Source: Octopus bimaculoides (Eukaryota). Taken from it: a DNA stretch of 59,863 nt. The notes under the pieces were generated by a model, which saw only the letters and a list, made by a program, of their open reading frames with translations, ran no database searches and was not told the DNA's origin. Shown here piece by piece: positions 55,184 to 59,863 of this stretch (its first letter is position 1; every line of letters begins with the position of its first letter). The DNA lies in the NCBI RefSeq assembly GCF_001194135.2, contig NC_068995.1, positions 51,988,022 through 52,047,884 of the forward strand, given 5' to 3'. Made by a program: the position numbers and the translations under genes.

Positions 55184-55422
55184 GTGTTTGCTTGTGTGTT
55201 TGCTTGTGTGTGCATCATACTCAAAACGGATGCATCATCGAAAGCCTGATAAACTGCAGTTTTCGCCTCGAGATAACATCTCTGATAGAGGCATAGTGTA
55301 GAAGCAGAAATATACATACATATATATACGTTTACACACACAAACTCACATAAATGCACGTGTGTATATATATATATACATACATATATACATACATACA
55401 TATCTATATATCTATATATCTA

Positions 55423-55474
<52 letters not shown>

Positions 55475-55624
55475 AAATGTAAGAACAACAACAACAAGCC
55501 TGCAAACATTTGCTGATACTGATGAGAGACTCATCGTTTTAGTTAAGTCAAATTTACTTATTATACATATTCCATTGACTGGGATTACATGTTCCGCCTC
55601 ATGCGGTTTATTCAACCTATATCG

Positions 55625-55655
<31 letters not shown>

Positions 55656-56094
55656 CATGATATGATATGGTATAGACTATTACAGATAAAACTTGGTTAT
55701 TTCATATTTAGTGTTTAAGATAAAAAAATCACCAGACGGAATAAATAACCGTTATCTTGGAAGAGCTCCGCGTGGTGGTTGGATTAAATGGGTGTACGTC
55801 CGGTGTTCTAACGAGATAACAGATCCTTTCTTCTCGTTTTACGTTTCGTTATTGTTTGGTTGTTTAACTAAACCTTTAGTTTTAACTAAACCTTTAGTTT
55901 TAACTAAATATGAAACTTGAAGTAACTAAGATTTATCTTTAACATATTATATCTCTTACCTTACTATTATTCACACATGTGGAAAATACATACATACATA
56001 GATATATACACACATGCATACGTATATATTTATATGTGTGTGTATATGTATGCATGTATGTATGCATGTATGTATGTATGTGTATATGTATATT

Positions 56095-56289
56095 TAGGGC
56101 TGGATTTTGTGGGGAAGGGGACAGTCGATCGCATTGACCCCAGTACTCAGCTAGTACTTAATTTATCGACCCTGAAAGGATGAAAGAAAAGTCGACCTCA
56201 GTGGTATTTGAACTCAGAACGTAGCGGCAGACGAAATACGGCTAAGCATTTCGCCCGGCGTGCTAACGATTCTGCCGGCTCACCGCCTT
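56095..56289 (-). mobile_element. SINE family A, copy 1 of a triple cluster
   Basis: Full head and body. Confidence 0.9.
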
Positions 56290-56324
56290 AACAACAACAA
56301 CAACAACAACAACAACAATCATCA

Positions 56325-56540
56325 TTATTTCAAATTTTTGCCACAAGGACAGCTTGGGGAAGGTGGGGATGAGTCGATTACATTGACCCCAGTGTTCAAC
56401 TGGTACTTATTTTATCGATCCCGAAAAGATGAAAGGCAAAGTCGACCTCGGCGGAATTTGAACTCAGAACGTAGGAACGGGCGAAACACCGCTAGGCATT
56501 TCGTCCAGCGTGCTAACGACTCTGCCAGCTTCACCGCCTT
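56325..56540 (-). mobile_element. SINE family A, copy 2 of a triple cluster, tail type 3
   Basis: Full head and body. Confidence 0.9.
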
Positions 56541-56700
56541 AGCAACAGCATCGACAACAGCAGCAACAAAAACAACAACTGCAACATCTACAATATGCAC
56601 AATGACCGTTTAAACTACAACAGCAACAAGAACATCAACTATATAGCAGCAACGGGAACAAGAGCAACAACAACAACAATAATTTCAACAACACCAAACA

Positions 56701-56912
56701 ATAATGGTTTCAAATTTTGACACAAGGCCAGCAATTTCGGGAGAGGGGATAAATCGATTGCATTGATCCCAATGATCAACTGGTACTTTACTTTTACGAT
56801 CCCGGTAGAATAAAAGGCAACGCTGACCTCGGCGGAATTTGAACTCAAAACGTAAAGACCTACGAAGTAATGCTAAGCATTTTGTCCGGCATGTTAACGA
56901 TTCTGCCAGCTC
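56701..56912 (-). mobile_element. SINE family A, copy 3 of a triple cluster, tail type 3
   Basis: Full head and body. Confidence 0.88.
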
Positions 56913-57014
56913 TGCAATTGTAAGTAATGTCCTACACCATACAATACAGACCACGAAACTCTGGTATAATCCGGCGAATTAACGAGGGTGGGGGGAGGGC
57001 CTTCTTGGGTTCCT

Positions 57015-57245
57015 GCTAGAAACAACAGCTAAGCATCTAACCAATTACACCTTACCGATTTTTTTTTTTTTGGTCTCTTTTTTTTTGTCTTTTGAAGAAG
57101 AAAAAAACGCGTAATACAACAATGCAGTCTGAGGTACACTTTGCTTGGAAACAAGAATGGTATGTTCGTGCCAGGAATCGCTGTTATCACAGATCTGCTT
57201 GATCAGGGTCGACTTGGGGCTAAACAAGAGCGACAATAACAACAA
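57015..57245 (+). repeat. Dispersed repeat family E with (AAC)n-like tail
   Basis: ctgctagaaacaacagc...gatcagggtcgacttggggctaaacaag followed by a CAA-rich run. Confidence 0.5.
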
Positions 57246-57663
57246 AGATCAACAACAACAACAACACCAACAGCAGCCACAACAACAGCAACACCAACAG
57301 CAACACCAACATCCCATTCGGTGGCACCGAAGAGATATTTACACCTTATCATTCGTGATTTGTCTTATCGTTAAATCTAGAACAGCAAAGAATTCAGGCG
57401 GCAGCGTTTTTCTTTCTTTTTCTTTTTTTTCTTATTTACCTTTCTTCCTTTCTTTTCTTCCTTCTTTCTTTCTTTCTTTCAGCCTCAAGGGCAGACACGT
57501 GCCATCACTTATCTTTGTTTTGTTAACACAACTTCCACTGATAATGTCTTCCTTATCGCTTTAATGGCTCTTGTTTTCTTTTCATTTTCTCTTTCTATAT
57601 CTTTCTCTTCATCTCTTTTTCCCGCTTTCAAGCACATTTTCTCACTCATACACACTATCTCTA

Positions 57664-57767
<104 letters not shown>

Positions 57768-57780
57768 CACCCTCTCGCTC

Positions 57781-57818
<38 letters not shown>

Positions 57819-58284
57819 AGTCCTTTCTGTTTTTTTTCTTCTCTTTCTTTCCCTTCTTTAATGACTCTCGTTTGCTTTTCAGCTTTATCTATATCTCTGT
57901 TTCTTTTTCCCTCTTTCGAACGCACACACATACACACACACATACACATACATACGCATTCTTTCCCTCTCTCTCCACCTCTCTCTTCCTCTCTCTCTCT
58001 CTCTCTCCCTCTCTCTCTCTCCCCTTCCTACTGTTTCTTTCTCTTAACGTTGATATTTCATTTAACAACCAGACCTATAACTTTTCATACCTTTCTCCTG
58101 CTACAACTACAATTATTACGAATACTGTGAATATTACTACTACTACAACTACTACTACTACCACCACTATCACTACTACTACTACCACTACTGCAACTAT
58201 ACTACAATTGTTGTTGTTACTACTGTAATAGCTGTTCCTAATATAACTACTATTACACCAACTACTGCCACAACTACTGCCACA

Positions 58285-58331
<47 letters not shown>

Positions 58332-58391
58332 CATAACTACTATTGCTACTACTAAAATAATCAATGATAAGGATAATATTATAATGTGATT

Positions 58392-58624
58392 AAGGTGGTG
58401 AGCTGGCAGAAACGTTACCGCGCCGGGCGAAATGCTTAACGATATTTCGTCTGCTGTTACGTTCTGAGTTCAAATTCCGCCGAGGTCGACTTTGCCTTTC
58501 ATCCTTTCGGGGTCGATTAAATAAGTACCAGTTACGCACTGGGGTCGATATAATCGACTTAATCCGTTTGTCTGTCCTTGTTTGTCCCCTCTGTGTGTAG
58601 CTCCTTGTGGGTAGTAAAGAAATA
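58392..58624 (+). mobile_element. SINE family A, full length, tail type 2
   Basis: aaggtggtgagctggcagaaacgtt...ttaatccgtttgtctgtccttgtttgtcccc...gtagtaaagaaata. Confidence 0.92.
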
Positions 58625-58645
58625 ACATATATACATACACATATA

Positions 58646-58795
58646 TACGATGGGCTTCTTTCAGTTTCCGTCTACCAAATTCACTCACAAAGCTTTGGTC
58701 GGTCCGAAACTATAGAACAAGACACTTGCTCAAGCTGCCACACAGTGGGACTGAGCCCGGAATCATGTGGTTGGGAAGCAAGCTTCTTACCACAC
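58646..58795 (-). mobile_element. SINE family B, 5' half
   Basis: acgatgggcttctttcagtttccgtctacc...aagcttcttaccacac matches 12078-12225. Confidence 0.88.
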
Positions 58796-59863
58796 AAAAT
58801 GACCGTCTCGAAACAAAACAATAGGTACATAAATTGTTTGAGGAATGTACTAATTTAGTTACGTAGATTCAACTCAAAAGTCGCAGTTTCCGTAACAAAA
58901 GAAAGAACTGAACGCTACTAGAAGACAGACTAAAAGAAAAATAGAAAAAGAAATTCAGGCAGAGCTTGGCACAAACATGGTTGTGTGGCCAAGGAGTGCA
59001 AGTGACTGGACAGGCAACCTATTTTAACAACAGTACTTTTTGGCACGGGAGGCAAACTCACACACGAGTGTGCAAAGTAATATATTCATACAGACAGAAA
59101 GAGAATGCGAAGAAAGGAGATTTTTCTCGTCGTTAAATCTGATTGCCATAAATACTTTCACTTTCCTAATACACATAAAATGAAATATGCTCGCACAAAT
59201 AAAAAGAGAAAAAGAGAGGGAGAGAAAGAAAAGGATGGAGAGAAAGAGAGAGAAGAAAAGAAAGACAGAGAGGGAGAGAAAGAGGGTGATGGAGTAAACG
59301 AGAGAAACATTTAGACATCTGATGTCAAATAAGTCAGCGTCGAATCAGCGACGCTAAATAAGCGGCACCAAAATGGCTTTGCGGAAACGTCTCATACTAA
59401 CCAACTGCGATTCTAAATAATAAGATGTAGCAGTGTGTGTCATGCGCTGCAACTGACCACCATATCTGAGACGGCGTAAATCTACAAACTGGAATGGTCA
59501 GGCAAGAAATATTAGCAAAATAGCAAGAATATTTTTATTTGTTTATCTTTTGTTTAAAACCTAATCGGCGAACAGGTGCTCGGTCAGAATAAACATAGAA
59601 ACCCCACCCTCGCAGAGACTGCACAGATGCACAGAGTACATAGATATAGACACTCAAACACACACATATACATACATACACACATACATACATACATACA
59701 TACATAAATACATATGTGTATGTGTATGAGCATATGAATATTTCTGTACATGTATATATTTATATGTAAATGCATGTATGTATATATGTATGGATATATG
59801 TATATAGATAAATAGATACACAGACATGTATGTATGCATATATGTATATATATATATATATAT

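Overview
AT-rich, microsatellite-saturated eukaryotic genomic DNA with many N-gaps, typical of a short-read draft assembly. The SINE families look like those of Octopus (inference from sequence recognition). I find no recognisable host protein-coding gene: nearly all ORFs in the supplied track are translations of simple repeats or N-runs. Supportable features are one intact tRNA-Arg(CCG) gene (25675-25747, minus) with a Pol III terminator, about 20 copies or fragments of three tRNA-derived SINE families, and a dispersed (AAC)n-tailed repeat. There are also decayed coding relics of four transposable elements: a maT/DD37D-like and a mariner/DD34D-like transposase, a Penelope-like RT/GIY-YIG element, and an R4/Dong-type RLE retrotransposon that lacks its RT domain. 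The most notable signals are a minimal type I hammerhead ribozyme motif (40226-40273), the RT-less R4/Dong derivative and a roughly 410-bp foldback element. I see no CRISPR array, rRNA or convincingly new gene system. The window reads as intergenic or large-intron DNA.
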